Counted from the first letter of the stretch, positions 38,784 to 48,479 are shown. The stretch is 64,000 nucleotides of DNA from an uncultured Chloroflexia bacterium (GCA_963728205.1 CAVSIV010000001.1:352001-416000); one strand, 5' to 3'. The notes: generated by a model from the sequence alone, not told the origin. Program-made: numbers and translations.

Positions 38784-40025
38784 CTAGTAGCGGACCACCA
38801 CCCGGCCCTCCGCGGTCAACCGCGCGGTGTCGGGCGCGGCGAGCAACGGCGCCAGGTCGCGCGGCGCGGTGATCGTCGCCGGGTCACCGTCGCTCACGTA
38901 GAACTCCTCGGGGTGCTTCTCGACGGTCCCAAGCCACGCGTCGAGCACGGGGCCGTACGCCTGCGTGCGCGGGACGCGCATCGGGTCGAAGTCCGAGGCC
39001 GCGGGCGAGGGCGCCGGCCCGGAGCCGACGAGCAGCGCGCCGACGTTGTCGTAGCTCGTGCCGTCGTACGCGCCGTGCCGCAGCACGGCCGGCCCGCCCT
39101 TCGGGTACCCGCCGAACGGCAGCGCGACGACGTGCGGGTCGTACGCGGGCAGGTAGGTGTGGAGCCGCGCCACCGCGGTCGCGAGCTCCTTCGTCGCGAT
39201 CGCGTCGGAGACCGTCGAGAGGTCGACGTGGTCGAGCGTGTGGTTCCCGAGCGCGAAGCCGTTCGCGACCATGAAGTCGAGCTTCTGCTGCGCGTATTCG
39301 AGCTGCGCCGTGGTGCGCCCGAACGGGCCGTACGGCAGCAGGAAGAACGTCGCGTCGTGGCCGAAGCCCGGGTGCGCCTGGTCGAAGGCGAGCAGGATCG
39401 GCACGGCGGAGTCGGGGTCGGGTCGCGTCCGGCCGTTCGCGTCGACGAGGTAGCGGAACTGGCCCTCGGAGCCGTCGTCGAAGGTGAGCACGACCGGGCG
39501 CTTGCCGGCGGGCGCGGCGATGGCGTCCGCCAGGTAGTCGACGAGCGGCACCGTGACGAAGTCGTGGTCGTAGAGCCACTGCAGGTCGTTGCGCAGGTGC
39601 TGGGGCGAGCGGACGAACTGCGCCTCGGGCGTGCCGATCTGGTGGTATTCGAGCACGAGCACGCGGCCGAGCTCGTTGGGGCGGAGGCGGGCAAGGTCCG
39701 ACGCCGAGAGGCCGCCGGGGAGCGGCGCGACGGCGCCTCCGGCGCCGGCGGCGGGCGTCGGCGACGCGGTCGCCGTCGGCGGGGCGGCCTCTGTTGCCGG
39801 CGACGCGGCCGGCGTCGCCGTGAGCGCGGTGGGCGTGGCCGTCGCGGAAGTGAACGCGACGGCGGACGCGCGCGTGCCGCGCTCCGGCGGGGTCGCGGCG
39901 TGCCCCACGGCCTCGTGGCCGCAACCGGTCGCGACGAGCGCACACAGCGCGGCGATCGCGACGGCGGGCACAAGCAGGGCGGAAGAGAGGGACGCCGCGA
40001 GGCGGCGCAGGGGGTGGCGGGGCAT
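38784..40025 (-). CDS. Polysaccharide deacetylase (NodB/CE4) lipoprotein
   Basis: VATGC lipobox; VLEYH, LTFDDG, GNHTLDH and ALPFG motifs. Confidence 0.9.
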   Translation of the reverse strand: MPRHPLRRLAASLSSALLVPAVAIAALCALVATGCGHEAVGHAATPPERGTRASAVAFTSATATPTALTATPAASPATEAAPPTATASPTPAAGAGGAVAPLPGGLSASDLARLRPNELGRVLVLEYHQIGTPEAQFVRSPQHLRNDLQWLYDHDFVTVPLVDYLADAIAAPAGKRPVVLTFDDGSEGQFRYLVDANGRTRPDPDSAVPILLAFDQAHPGFGHDATFFLLPYGPFGRTTAQLEYAQQKLDFMVANGFALGNHTLDHVDLSTVSDAIATKELATAVARLHTYLPAYDPHVVALPFGGYPKGGPAVLRHGAYDGTSYDNVGALLVGSGPAPSPAASDFDPMRVPRTQAYGPVLDAWLGTVEKHPEEFYVSDGDPATITAPRDLAPLLAAPDTARLTAEGRVVVRY

Positions 40026-40282
40026 GCGGCGTGACGCCTCCTCGCGACCGGCCCCCACCGGTCGAGGACGCTAGCGCGTCCCTCGCCTACGCGCCGCAAG
40101 CGGTGCGCGCGAGGTCGCGCCGGACCCTCCCGCGGGGCCCGCGGGCGCCACGATTCGCCGCCGCTTGCGGCGCGCGCTAGGCTGTCGACGCCAGTCCACC
40201 GGCGGGGGAAATCGAGGCGAGCTCGACGCTCGCCGGGGGGTGTCACATCCGCCTGCCCCGCCCGCTCTCCGTCCTGCCCTGG

Positions 40283-41377
40283 GTGCTCGCGTGCGCGCTG
40301 ATCGTCCTCGCCGCGTGTGCGGACCCCTACGCCGACGGCGTCGCCACCGCGCCCGCAGAGCCGCGCGTCGCGGCGGCGTCCGCGACCTTTGCGCCGCCGA
40401 CGCCCGCGCCGACGCCCACCCCTGCGTCCGAGACGCCCACCCCGCCGCCGACCGCCGCCCCGATCGTCGCGACCTCCACCCCGACGCCAGCCGACCGCGC
40501 GACGCCGACGCCGTCTGCCACCCCCGCCGTCGTCGCGACGCCGACACGCGTGACGACCGCGACCGCGACCGCCACGCCGCGCGCCCACGGCGACCCCGCC
40601 ACGCCGTCGCTGCTCGACGCGTCGCGCATCGTCTCCGTCTATGGCGCGCCCGACGTGCCGGCGATGGGCGTCCTCGGCGCCGGCGCGCCGGAAGACGCCG
40701 CCGCGAAGGCGGAGTCGCTCGCCCGCGAGTACACCGCGCTCGATCCGTCGCGCCCGGCCATTCCCGCGTTCCACCTGATCGTCGCGGTCGCGCAGCCGCT
40801 GCCCGGCGCCGACGGCACCTACCTCGCGCGGCTCGCCGACACGCAGGTCCAGCAGTACGTCGACATCGCCCGCGCCCAGCACATGCTGCTGTTCCTCGAC
40901 GTGCAGGTCGGCTGGTCCGACCCGCTGACGGAGGTGGAGGCGCTGGCGCCCTACCTCGCCGAGCCGTTCGTCCATGTCGCGCTCGACCCGGAGTTCGCGA
41001 CGCGGCCGCTGGGCGAGGCGCCCGGCCAGGCCATCGGCGTGCTGTCGGCGACGCAGGTCAACGCGGTGCAGGCCTACCTCGCGCAGCTCGTGATCGACCG
41101 GGGGCTGCCCCCGAAGATCCTGATCGTGCACCAGTTCCTCGAGCGGATGCTCGACCACGCCGACGCGATCGGCCGTTACACGGGCGTCTCGCTCGTGATC
41201 GACATGGACGGCTTCGGCGCACCGGCTCTGAAGCTGTTCAAGTACGACCGCTACGCGGAGGCGTCGTACGCGGAGTTCCCGGCGATCAAGCTCTTCTACA
41301 AGTGGGACGATCCGTTGATGTCGGCGTCGGATCTGCTGGCGTTGCCGGATCCGCCCCGCATCGTGATCTACCAGTAA
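40283..41377 (+). CDS. Hypothetical lipoprotein with Pro/Thr linker and globular domain
   Basis: LAAC lipobox; LFLDVQVG, VHVALDPEF, KILIVHQF, DMDGFG and IKLFY; start may be GTG 40240 with a frameshift. Confidence 0.8.
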   Translation: MLACALIVLAACADPYADGVATAPAEPRVAAASATFAPPTPAPTPTPASETPTPPPTAAPIVATSTPTPADRATPTPSATPAVVATPTRVTTATATATPRAHGDPATPSLLDASRIVSVYGAPDVPAMGVLGAGAPEDAAAKAESLAREYTALDPSRPAIPAFHLIVAVAQPLPGADGTYLARLADTQVQQYVDIARAQHMLLFLDVQVGWSDPLTEVEALAPYLAEPFVHVALDPEFATRPLGEAPGQAIGVLSATQVNAVQAYLAQLVIDRGLPPKILIVHQFLERMLDHADAIGRYTGVSLVIDMDGFGAPALKLFKYDRYAEASYAEFPAIKLFYKWDDPLMSASDLLALPDPPRIVIYQ

Positions 41378-41386
41378 GGAAGTCGG

Positions 41387-41718
41387 CGTCGAGCGGGATC
41401 CCGGGAGGGTCCCGATCCCTCCCCACCGGCGCGTCCACGACCGGGGATCGCCGGACCGCCCTCCCGGCCTCGCCGACATGCGCTTGCGGTGCGTGAGCCG
41501 GTCGGGAGGGATCGGCAGCCTTCCAGCTGCCGCTCGACGTGGGCGCTCAGGGGCACGAGCGCCCACGTCGAGCGGGATCCCGGGAGGGTCCCGATCCCTC
41601 CCCACCTGCGCGTCCACGACCGGGGATCGCCGGACCGCCCTCCCGGCCTCGCCGACATGCGCTTGCGGTCCGTGAGCCGGTCGGGAGGGATCGGCAGCCT
41701 TCCAGCTGCCGCTCGACG
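41387..41718. repeat. Tandem pair of 153-bp MITE/REPIN-like elements with terminal inverted repeats
   Basis: Copies 41387-41539 and 41566-41718 near-identical; ends CGTCGAGCGG/CCGCTCGACG; 26-bp palindromic linker. Confidence 0.9.
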
Positions 41719-41719
41719 C

Positions 41720-43552
41720 CTACCGCACGAACACCACCACCAGCGTCGTGAAGAGCGACGCCCCCGCCGTCAGCCATGCCACGTACTCGCCGACGTGGCC
41801 GCTGTGCAGCGTCCGCAGCCATGCGATCGGCTGTTCGACCGCCTCGCGCGTCCCGCGGTGGAGCCGCGACCAGCCCCGTCGCGGGTACAGCCCCGCCACG
41901 GCGAGCACCACCGCCAGCGCCACGAGTCCCGCCTGCTCGGCGAGCCCCGCGACGTCCCACGGCCCTCGCGCCGCGGCCGGCCGCAGCGTCGCCGCGCGGC
42001 CGTCGAGCACCAGCGCGCGATACGCGGCGCCGTCGGCGAACCAGCCCGCCGCCCGCTCCGCCGCGGCCGACAGTCCCGGCGTCACCCCCACGGCCAGCGT
42101 CGCCGCCACCAGCAGCGCCACGGGCGCCACCATCACCCACGGCGTGCGCCGCCCGCTGTGGCGTGTCTCGCGCTCCGCCGGCTCCTCCTGCTCCTCGGGC
42201 GGCGCGTCCTCCGGCCGCTCGCGCTCGCCCCATCCCGCGAATACGCGCAGCCCCGCGCGCACGGCAGCCGCGCCCGTCACCACCGACGCCGCCGCGACCG
42301 GCACCGCCGCCCACCCGAACCCCGACTCGCGCGCCGCGTCCTCCAGCGCGTGCTCGCCGACGAACGTCGCGAACGGCGGCATCCCCGCCAGCGCCAGCCC
42401 CGCCAGGAGGAACAACGCGCCCAGCCAGCGCTCCGTCGTGCCGCGTCCGCGCAGCTCGCGCTCGTCGACGCTGTCGAAGCGGTGCAACAGCACGCCGACC
42501 CCGAGGAACAGCGCGGCCTTCGTGGTCGCGTGCGCGACGAAGAAGATGCCGGCGCCGGCGAGCCCCGCCGGCGTGAGCAGCCCCACGCCGATCAACAGCA
42601 CGCCGACGTGGCTGAGGGAGGAGAACGCCAGCAGCCGCTTCAGGTGTCGCTGGACATAACACATCACGGCGGTGGCCAGCGCCGTGACCGCGCCGGCGCC
42701 GACCAGCAGCCCCGCGAGCGCGTGCCGGGGCTCGACAATCGCCCCGCCGAAGACGACCCACCACACGCGCGCCACGCCGTACACGCCCAGTTCGATCGTG
42801 ATCCCCGAGAACAGCACCAACACGGGGGTCGGCGCGACGGCGTGCGCATCCGCGTGCGCGAAGTGGAAGGGGACGGCGCCTGCCTTCACGAGCAGCCCGG
42901 TGATCACGAGCGCGCACGCGGTCACCACGAGTCGGTCGACGGGCCCGCCGGCGAGCGTCGCGCCCACCGCGGCCATGTTCAGCTGGCCGGTGCGGCCGTA
43001 CAGCAGCGCGATGCCGAGGAGCATGCACGTCGCGCCGATCGAGTTCGTGACGGCGAAGTTGAGGCTGCCCTGGATCGGCGACGACTGCTCCGCCTTGTAG
43101 CCGGTCAGCGCGTACGCGGCGACGCCGATCAGCTCGACGCAGACGAACAGCGTGAAGAGGTCGCCCGCGAGCAGGAACCCGGCCATTGCGCCGAGGAAGA
43201 TGAGCATGAGGACGTGGTACAGCGCCTCGACGGCCTCGAAGTAGTGCCAGGAGAAGACGAGCGCCAGCGCAGCGAGCAGGCCGGTCAGCGCGACGAGCGC
43301 GGTCGCCGGTGTGTCGACGACCAGCGCGATCCCGGGGACGGCCGACCCGGCGGGGTGCCAGCCGCCCAGCCACACCACCGAGGGGGCGGACGCCACGGCC
43401 ACCGCGGTCGCCGCGCCGAGCACCCCGACCGCGACGGCGGTCGCGATCGCCGCGCCGTCGAGCAGCCAGCGCGGCGCCACGCGCGCGACGCCCATGAGCA
43501 CCGCGGCGACGAGCAGCGGCAGCGCGACCAGCAGCGGCGCGAGCGACGCCAC
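41720..43552 (-). CDS. mrpD: MrpD/MbhH-type antiporter-like membrane subunit
   Basis: GDLFTLFVCVE, KAGAVPFHF..DAH, LKRLLAFSS, HATTKAALF and GMPPF motifs. Confidence 0.9.
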   Translation of the reverse strand: MASLAPLLVALPLLVAAVLMGVARVAPRWLLDGAAIATAVAVGVLGAATAVAVASAPSVVWLGGWHPAGSAVPGIALVVDTPATALVALTGLLAALALVFSWHYFEAVEALYHVLMLIFLGAMAGFLLAGDLFTLFVCVELIGVAAYALTGYKAEQSSPIQGSLNFAVTNSIGATCMLLGIALLYGRTGQLNMAAVGATLAGGPVDRLVVTACALVITGLLVKAGAVPFHFAHADAHAVAPTPVLVLFSGITIELGVYGVARVWWVVFGGAIVEPRHALAGLLVGAGAVTALATAVMCYVQRHLKRLLAFSSLSHVGVLLIGVGLLTPAGLAGAGIFFVAHATTKAALFLGVGVLLHRFDSVDERELRGRGTTERWLGALFLLAGLALAGMPPFATFVGEHALEDAARESGFGWAAVPVAAASVVTGAAAVRAGLRVFAGWGERERPEDAPPEEQEEPAERETRHSGRRTPWVMVAPVALLVAATLAVGVTPGLSAAAERAAGWFADGAAYRALVLDGRAATLRPAAARGPWDVAGLAEQAGLVALAVVLAVAGLYPRRGWSRLHRGTREAVEQPIAWLRTLHSGHVGEYVAWLTAGASLFTTLVVVFVR

Positions 43553-43554
43553 CG

Positions 43555-43899
43555 TCAGCCCTGGATCGACTTCAGCTCGTCGGGGTCGAGCGTATTGAAG
43601 TGCCGCTGCGCCTGGATCGCGAGCGCGAGCAGCAGCGCGGTCACCACGGCGCCGACGACGATGTCCGTCAGCGTCAGCGCCTGCACGACCGGGTCGACCA
43701 CCGGCGTGCCCGGCGGCACGCCCGAGAACACCGGCGCGGTCGCGCCGCGCCGGTACCCGATCGCGATCAGCAGCACGACGGTGGACGCCTGCACCACGCC
43801 GAGGCAGTTCGCGAGGTGCACGAGGTTGCGGCTCGTCACGATGCCGTAGAGGCCGACGAAGAACAGCCACGCGGCGACGGCGTACGGCAGGAACGTCAC
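43555..43899 (-). CDS. mrpC: MrpC/MbhG-type subunit
   Basis: DPVVQALTLTDIVVG motif; 114 aa; GTGA overlap. Confidence 0.9.
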   Translation of the reverse strand: MTFLPYAVAAWLFFVGLYGIVTSRNLVHLANCLGVVQASTVVLLIAIGYRRGATAPVFSGVPPGTPVVDPVVQALTLTDIVVGAVVTALLLALAIQAQRHFNTLDPDELKSIQG

Positions 43900-44681
43900 C
43901 GGAACCACCGCGCCTCGCGCAGCGCGACGGTTCGCTCGAGGAAGTCGAGCACGACGAGCGTGATCCCGGCGGTCACCGCGATCCCCGACGCCGCGTTCAG
44001 CACGCCGATGGTCCCGCCGGCCAGCAGCGAGCCCTCGTGCCCGAGCGGCAGCCGGTTCGCGAGGAAGGCGCCGCCTCCGGCGAGCATCGCCGCACCCAGC
44101 GCCGGCGGCAGGCCGACGCCGATCGCCTCGAGGGACTCCATGAGCCCCGGCCGGATCGCGTGGCGGTAGGCGAGGAAGTCGTTCTCGAGATACACGAGGA
44201 GGAAGGCGCCGGCGACGATCACGCCGCCCTGGAAGCCGCCGCCCGGCGACAGGTAGCCGTGGAGGATCATGGCGATGCCGAAGAGGAGGACGGCGCCCGT
44301 GCAGGTGGCGCCGGCGAGCCGGACGGCGGCGCTCGTGCGCGGCGCCCCGCGGCCGGGCAGCTCGTCCTCGCTCTCGCCGCCCTTGCCGTCGTCGCCGCTC
44401 GCCTCTTCCGTCTCGGGCGCGCGCAGCAGCAGCGACACGCCCGCAGCCGCCGCGAAGAGGATGAACTCCTCGCAGAGGGTGTCGAAGCCGCGGTAGTCGA
44501 AGACGACGGCGGCGACGACGTTCGGTACGTGGCGGCGGCCGACGGTGTTCGCGGCGACCCAGTCGCCGTACGCGCTGCGTCCGGCGCCGGCGCGTGGCAG
44601 CCCGCCGAGCCCCGCGAGCAGGAGCGCCGCGAGCGGCACCGCCGCGACCACGAACAGCCATCGTCGCGCCGAGCGGCTCAC
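43896..44681 (-). CDS. mrpB: MrpB/MnhB-domain subunit
   Basis: NVVAAVVFDYRGFDTLCEE and HGYLSPGGGFQGG. Confidence 0.9.
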   Translation of the reverse strand: MSRSARRWLFVVAAVPLAALLLAGLGGLPRAGAGRSAYGDWVAANTVGRRHVPNVVAAVVFDYRGFDTLCEEFILFAAAAGVSLLLRAPETEEASGDDGKGGESEDELPGRGAPRTSAAVRLAGATCTGAVLLFGIAMILHGYLSPGGGFQGGVIVAGAFLLVYLENDFLAYRHAIRPGLMESLEAIGVGLPPALGAAMLAGGGAFLANRLPLGHEGSLLAGGTIGVLNAASGIAVTAGITLVVLDFLERTVALREARWFR

Positions 44682-45025
44682 GCCCGCCCGCTCCCGCGGC
44701 GCCGCCCACCGCGCGCCGCTACCTCGTCGTCGTCGGGCTCGTCCTCCGCGCCGCCCTCCTCGCGCGGCGCCTCTGCCGCGTGGCGCTGCGCGTACGCGGC
44801 CGTCCGCGCCAGCGCGAGCAGCGTCATGGCCGGCACCGCGATCGTCCCCACGACCAGCTCCGACAGCGCCACGTCGGGCGCCTGCAGCTCGACGAACGCG
44901 ATCACGAGCAGCAGCCCGGCGAAGCTCATCGCCACCGCCTGCCGCGCCGGCTCGCGCGTGGCGACCACCGCGGTGCCGCCGGCCGCGACGAAGCAGAGCG
45001 TCAGCGCGACCAGCGCGTCGTTCAC
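44678..45025 (-). CDS. DUF4040/MbhD-type subunit
   Basis: LQAPDVALSE motif; three TM helices; GTGA overlaps. Confidence 0.85.
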   Translation of the reverse strand: MNDALVALTLCFVAAGGTAVVATREPARQAVAMSFAGLLLVIAFVELQAPDVALSELVVGTIAVPAMTLLALARTAAYAQRHAAEAPREEGGAEDEPDDDEVAARGGRRRGSGRA

Positions 45026-45360
45026 GACCCGCGCGCCCGCGCATTGCCCGCGCGCGGCTGCTCCTCGTCGGCGGCGCGCCAGGGGCCGCGCTCGCGCACC
45101 GTCGCCGCCCGCGCGAGCGCGTGCGTGGCGACGGGGCCGGCGAGCATGACGACGCCCGCGGTGAGCAGCGCGGTCGCCGCCGCGGCGCTCACCCCGACCG
45201 TGATCGCGACGCCGGCGGCGACGAGCGGCGTGGCGAAGAAGCAGGTCGCACTCGCCCAGTGCAGCCGGTCGTAGGCGTCGCGCGCGCGCAGCAGCCCGAT
45301 GCCGGCCAGCACCGCGACGACGGCGCCGGCCGCGCCGAGCGCGACCCCGACGGCGCTCAC
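45022..45360 (-). CDS. mrpG: MrpG-type subunit
   Basis: GLLRARDAYDRLH and PVATHALARA motifs. Confidence 0.85.
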   Translation of the reverse strand: MSAVGVALGAAGAVVAVLAGIGLLRARDAYDRLHWASATCFFATPLVAAGVAITVGVSAAAATALLTAGVVMLAGPVATHALARAATVRERGPWRAADEEQPRAGNARARGS

Positions 45361-45611
45361 AGCCACCGCTCCAGGAAGCGCGCGAAGAGGAGCGTGCCGA
45401 TGGGCGACACGAGCGCGATCGCGAGCGCGACGTTGACGTACAGCGCGCGGCCGGAGCCGGCGGCGAGCGCAAGCACGACGAGCGTGGTGCCGGTGCTGCC
45501 GGCCTGCAGCGCGGCCAGGCGGTCCATCGCTTCCGCGCGCGCCGCAACCCACCACGCCGGGACCATCGAGAGGAGCAGCAGCGCCGCGACGGCCAGCCAC
45601 GCGTCGCTCAT
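45357..45611 (-). CDS. mrpF: MrpF-type subunit
   Basis: MDRLAALQ and GTLLFARFLER motifs; 84 aa. Confidence 0.85.
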   Translation of the reverse strand: MSDAWLAVAALLLLSMVPAWWVAARAEAMDRLAALQAGSTGTTLVVLALAAGSGRALYVNVALAIALVSPIGTLLFARFLERWL

Positions 45612-46138
45612 GCGCGCCCCTCGCCGCTCCGCGCCCCGGCGTGGCCGCGGGAGCGCTCGCCGCGACGGCGACGCGGCAGGTCGTGCAGGAGCATGAGGCC
45701 GGCGTCGGTGTCCTCCTCCGCGTCGTGCGCATCGGCCACGTACGACGTCGGGAGCAGCGAGGCGACGACGATCGCGACGCCGCGGCACGCCGCATCGCCG
45801 CCCGGCGCCTCGGCGCGGCGGAAGCCGCCGCGCGCGGTGGCGCGGGAGCGTGCCAGCCGCCCCCAGGCGCGCGCCTCCCCGGCGATCCCCGGCATCGCGC
45901 TGCGCGCGCAGCCCGCCAGCGCGCGCACGTGCAGCGCGATGCCGGCCTCCTCGGCCGCGCGGCGCTGCACACCGAACGCGAGCGCTGCGGCCGCCCCGGC
46001 GACCACGATCTCGAACGGCGTGGTGATCCCCACGACGACCGCCCACGCCACGACGCCGCCGAGCACCCACGCCGCCACCGGCAGGGCGTCGCGCGCGACG
46101 CCTCGGACGGCGCGGCCACGGGGCGTGCGGCGCGGCAT
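45608..46138 (-). CDS. Divergent MrpE-like subunit
   Basis: Operon position; N-terminal TMs; SLLPTSYVAD..LLHDL resembles the MrpE TLTPGT..D..H motif; start uncertain. Confidence 0.55.
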   Translation of the reverse strand: MPRRTPRGRAVRGVARDALPVAAWVLGGVVAWAVVVGITTPFEIVVAGAAAALAFGVQRRAAEEAGIALHVRALAGCARSAMPGIAGEARAWGRLARSRATARGGFRRAEAPGGDAACRGVAIVVASLLPTSYVADAHDAEEDTDAGLMLLHDLPRRRRGERSRGHAGARSGEGRA

Positions 46139-46366
46139 CGACGCCTCCCGAGCGGCGAGCGGTCCGCCGGCGCATGCGCGCCGGCGCGGCACCGCTGGAC
46201 CACGCCTCCTGAGATAGCAGCGGCCGCATCGGGCGCGCATATCACGACGTGATATGGCGTGACACTTCCGTGACGGGCGGGCCTACACTCCGCGGCGGCC
46301 GGTCGGCGCATGTCCGTTGCGTGACGGACCGGGCGTGCGAGACTGGGCCGGCACCGCTCCCCTCCG

Positions 46367-48301
46367 ATGCGCCGGCGTCGGAGGTCCCCCAGCGACGGGA
46401 GCCGGACCGTGTCGTCGTCGTCCGACCACCGCACTCGCGAAGGCACGACCAGCGTCGGGCTCGCGTCGTCGTACGCCGGCCTCGTTGCCGCGTATGCGCA
46501 GCCAGCGTGGTGGATCGACGAGACGGGCGTGCTCGCGCTCGTGAACGCGCCGTGGGTCGTCGAGACGGGCCTGACGCTCGAGGCGAGCCGTGACGGGGGC
46601 TGGCTTGCGGCGCTGCACCCCGACGACGTCGAGCGCGCGCGCTCGGCGGGCCCCGCGGAGGTGCCGACGGAGGTGGAGGTGCGGCTGCGGCGCGCCGTCG
46701 GCGGTGAACGCCGCGTGCTCCTCCGCCACGTTCCCGTCAACGATCGCGACGGCACCGTGCGCGGCTGGTTCGTCGCGCTGAGCGACGTCGATGAGCCGCC
46801 CGACGCTCCGGCGCGCGACGACGCTGCGCGCCGGGTGATCGAGTCCCTGATGACGACGGCGCCGCCGGGCATGGCGTTCCTCGACCGCGACGGGCGCTAC
46901 ATCCGGACGAGCATCAACGTGCACGACGTGCACGGCGAGGGCGCGCGCGTCGGCCGCACCGTCGCCGAGCTCTTTCCGGACGTCTGGCGCCAGTGCGAGC
47001 CGCACTTCAGCGCTGTGGTCGAAGGCGGCCCGCCCGTGCGATTCGCCATCACCGGGCCGACGGCAAGCGGCGCGCGCAGCACCTGGGAGGTGGCCTACTT
47101 CCCGGTGCACGACGACGACCGCGTGGTGGGCGTCGTCGCGACGGCGACGGATGTGACGGCGCACGCCGACGAGCAGGCGGAGGCGGAGGCGCTCCGCGAG
47201 CAGATCGCGCAGCAGCGCGACCTGCTGGAGGCGATCTTCGCGAACGCGCCGGTCGGCGCGGCGGTCCTGGATCACGAGGCGCGCTACGTCCGCGCGAACG
47301 ACGCCCTCGCGCGCATGAACGGGACGCCGGCCGGGTCGCACGTCGGACGCACCGTGCGAGAGGTTGCGGGCGACGCGGTGTGGGAGGCCGCCCGCGCCGA
47401 GTTCGAGCACGTCCTCTCGACCGGCGAGCCTCGACAGTTCGAATTCTCCGCGCCCACGCCGGGCACCGGTGGCGAAGCCCAGCACTGGTTCGTGTCGTAC
47501 TACCCGATCCGCTCGCGAGGGGTGGTCGATGGCGTCGGCGCCGTGATCGTCGATCTCACCGATCACCGGCGGGCCGAGGCGCGGCTGGTGGCCCTCAACG
47601 AGCGGCTCTCCGAGTTCGTTTCCGTCGCCGCGCACGAGATCCGGACGCCGCTGACGTCGGTGGCCGGCTACGCGGGCCGGCTGCGCCGCCTGCTCGATCG
47701 GCGCGCGGCGGACTCGCGCGCGGACGCGTCCGCGGATGTGGCGCTGCACGAGGCCGTTGACGTGCTGGCGGATGAAGCGGATCGCCTGCGGCGCACGGTC
47801 GACCTCTTCCTGGACCTCGCGCGCATCGATACCGTCCGTCCCCCGCCCGAGGTGTCGGAGGTCGACCTCGTCGCCCTGGTCGACGCGCGGCTGCGGGAGT
47901 ACCGGCGGCGCTACCCCGCCGCGACGATTCGCTTGCGGCGACCCGCGGAGCCGGTGGTGGCGCTCGCGAACGAGGACGGCGTCTCGCAGATCCTCGGCAA
48001 CCTGATCGACAACGCGGTGAAGTACGGGGATGACGATCCGCACGTGACCGTGTCGGTGGAGGGCGACGCCGCGCGGTGCGTCGTGCGCGTGGCGGACGGC
48101 GGGCCGGGTCTCGCCCCGGAGGTCCGTGCGCACCTGTTCGAGCGCTACTTCCGCGGCCCGGGCGACCAGCAGCGCCGACGCGGGCACGGGATCGGGCTCT
48201 ACATCTCCCGCGAGATGGCGCGGGAGATGGGCGGCGACCTGGAGGCGGCGACTCCCGCCGCGGGCGCGGAGTTCGTGCTCTCGCTGCCCGCGTCGGGGTG
48301 A
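46367..48301 (+). CDS. Cytoplasmic multi-PAS sensor histidine kinase
   Basis: Three PAS-like domains (LHPDD, GMAFLD, VGAAVLD); HEIRTPLT, NLIDNAVKY, DGGPG, GHGIGL; start uncertain. Confidence 0.92.
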   Translation: MRRRRRSPSDGSRTVSSSSDHRTREGTTSVGLASSYAGLVAAYAQPAWWIDETGVLALVNAPWVVETGLTLEASRDGGWLAALHPDDVERARSAGPAEVPTEVEVRLRRAVGGERRVLLRHVPVNDRDGTVRGWFVALSDVDEPPDAPARDDAARRVIESLMTTAPPGMAFLDRDGRYIRTSINVHDVHGEGARVGRTVAELFPDVWRQCEPHFSAVVEGGPPVRFAITGPTASGARSTWEVAYFPVHDDDRVVGVVATATDVTAHADEQAEAEALREQIAQQRDLLEAIFANAPVGAAVLDHEARYVRANDALARMNGTPAGSHVGRTVREVAGDAVWEAARAEFEHVLSTGEPRQFEFSAPTPGTGGEAQHWFVSYYPIRSRGVVDGVGAVIVDLTDHRRAEARLVALNERLSEFVSVAAHEIRTPLTSVAGYAGRLRRLLDRRAADSRADASADVALHEAVDVLADEADRLRRTVDLFLDLARIDTVRPPPEVSEVDLVALVDARLREYRRRYPAATIRLRRPAEPVVALANEDGVSQILGNLIDNAVKYGDDDPHVTVSVEGDAARCVVRVADGGPGLAPEVRAHLFERYFRGPGDQQRRRGHGIGLYISREMAREMGGDLEAATPAAGAEFVLSLPASG

Positions 48302-48479
48302 GCACACGCGGGAGGGTCAGCCACTCGCACGAGTCCCGGCGGCGGCGGAGATGCCGCCGAAAACAACGCGGCGAGCGCCGGGCGCGGCGCGCCTGAAGCG
48401 CGCCGTGCGCCGGCGCCGTACGCGGCCGCGGAGGCCGGTCAGACCGTCACGGCCTGGCCGCCTCCGCCGCCGCTGAGGC

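Noticed and set aside
38894-41617. Long Arg/Ala/Pro-rich ORFs, e.g. 38894..41617, 26275..28542, 28684..31350 and the 5' part of 56041..59547
   Set aside because: Shadow frames of real genes caused by stop-codon scarcity in GC-rich DNA; no motifs
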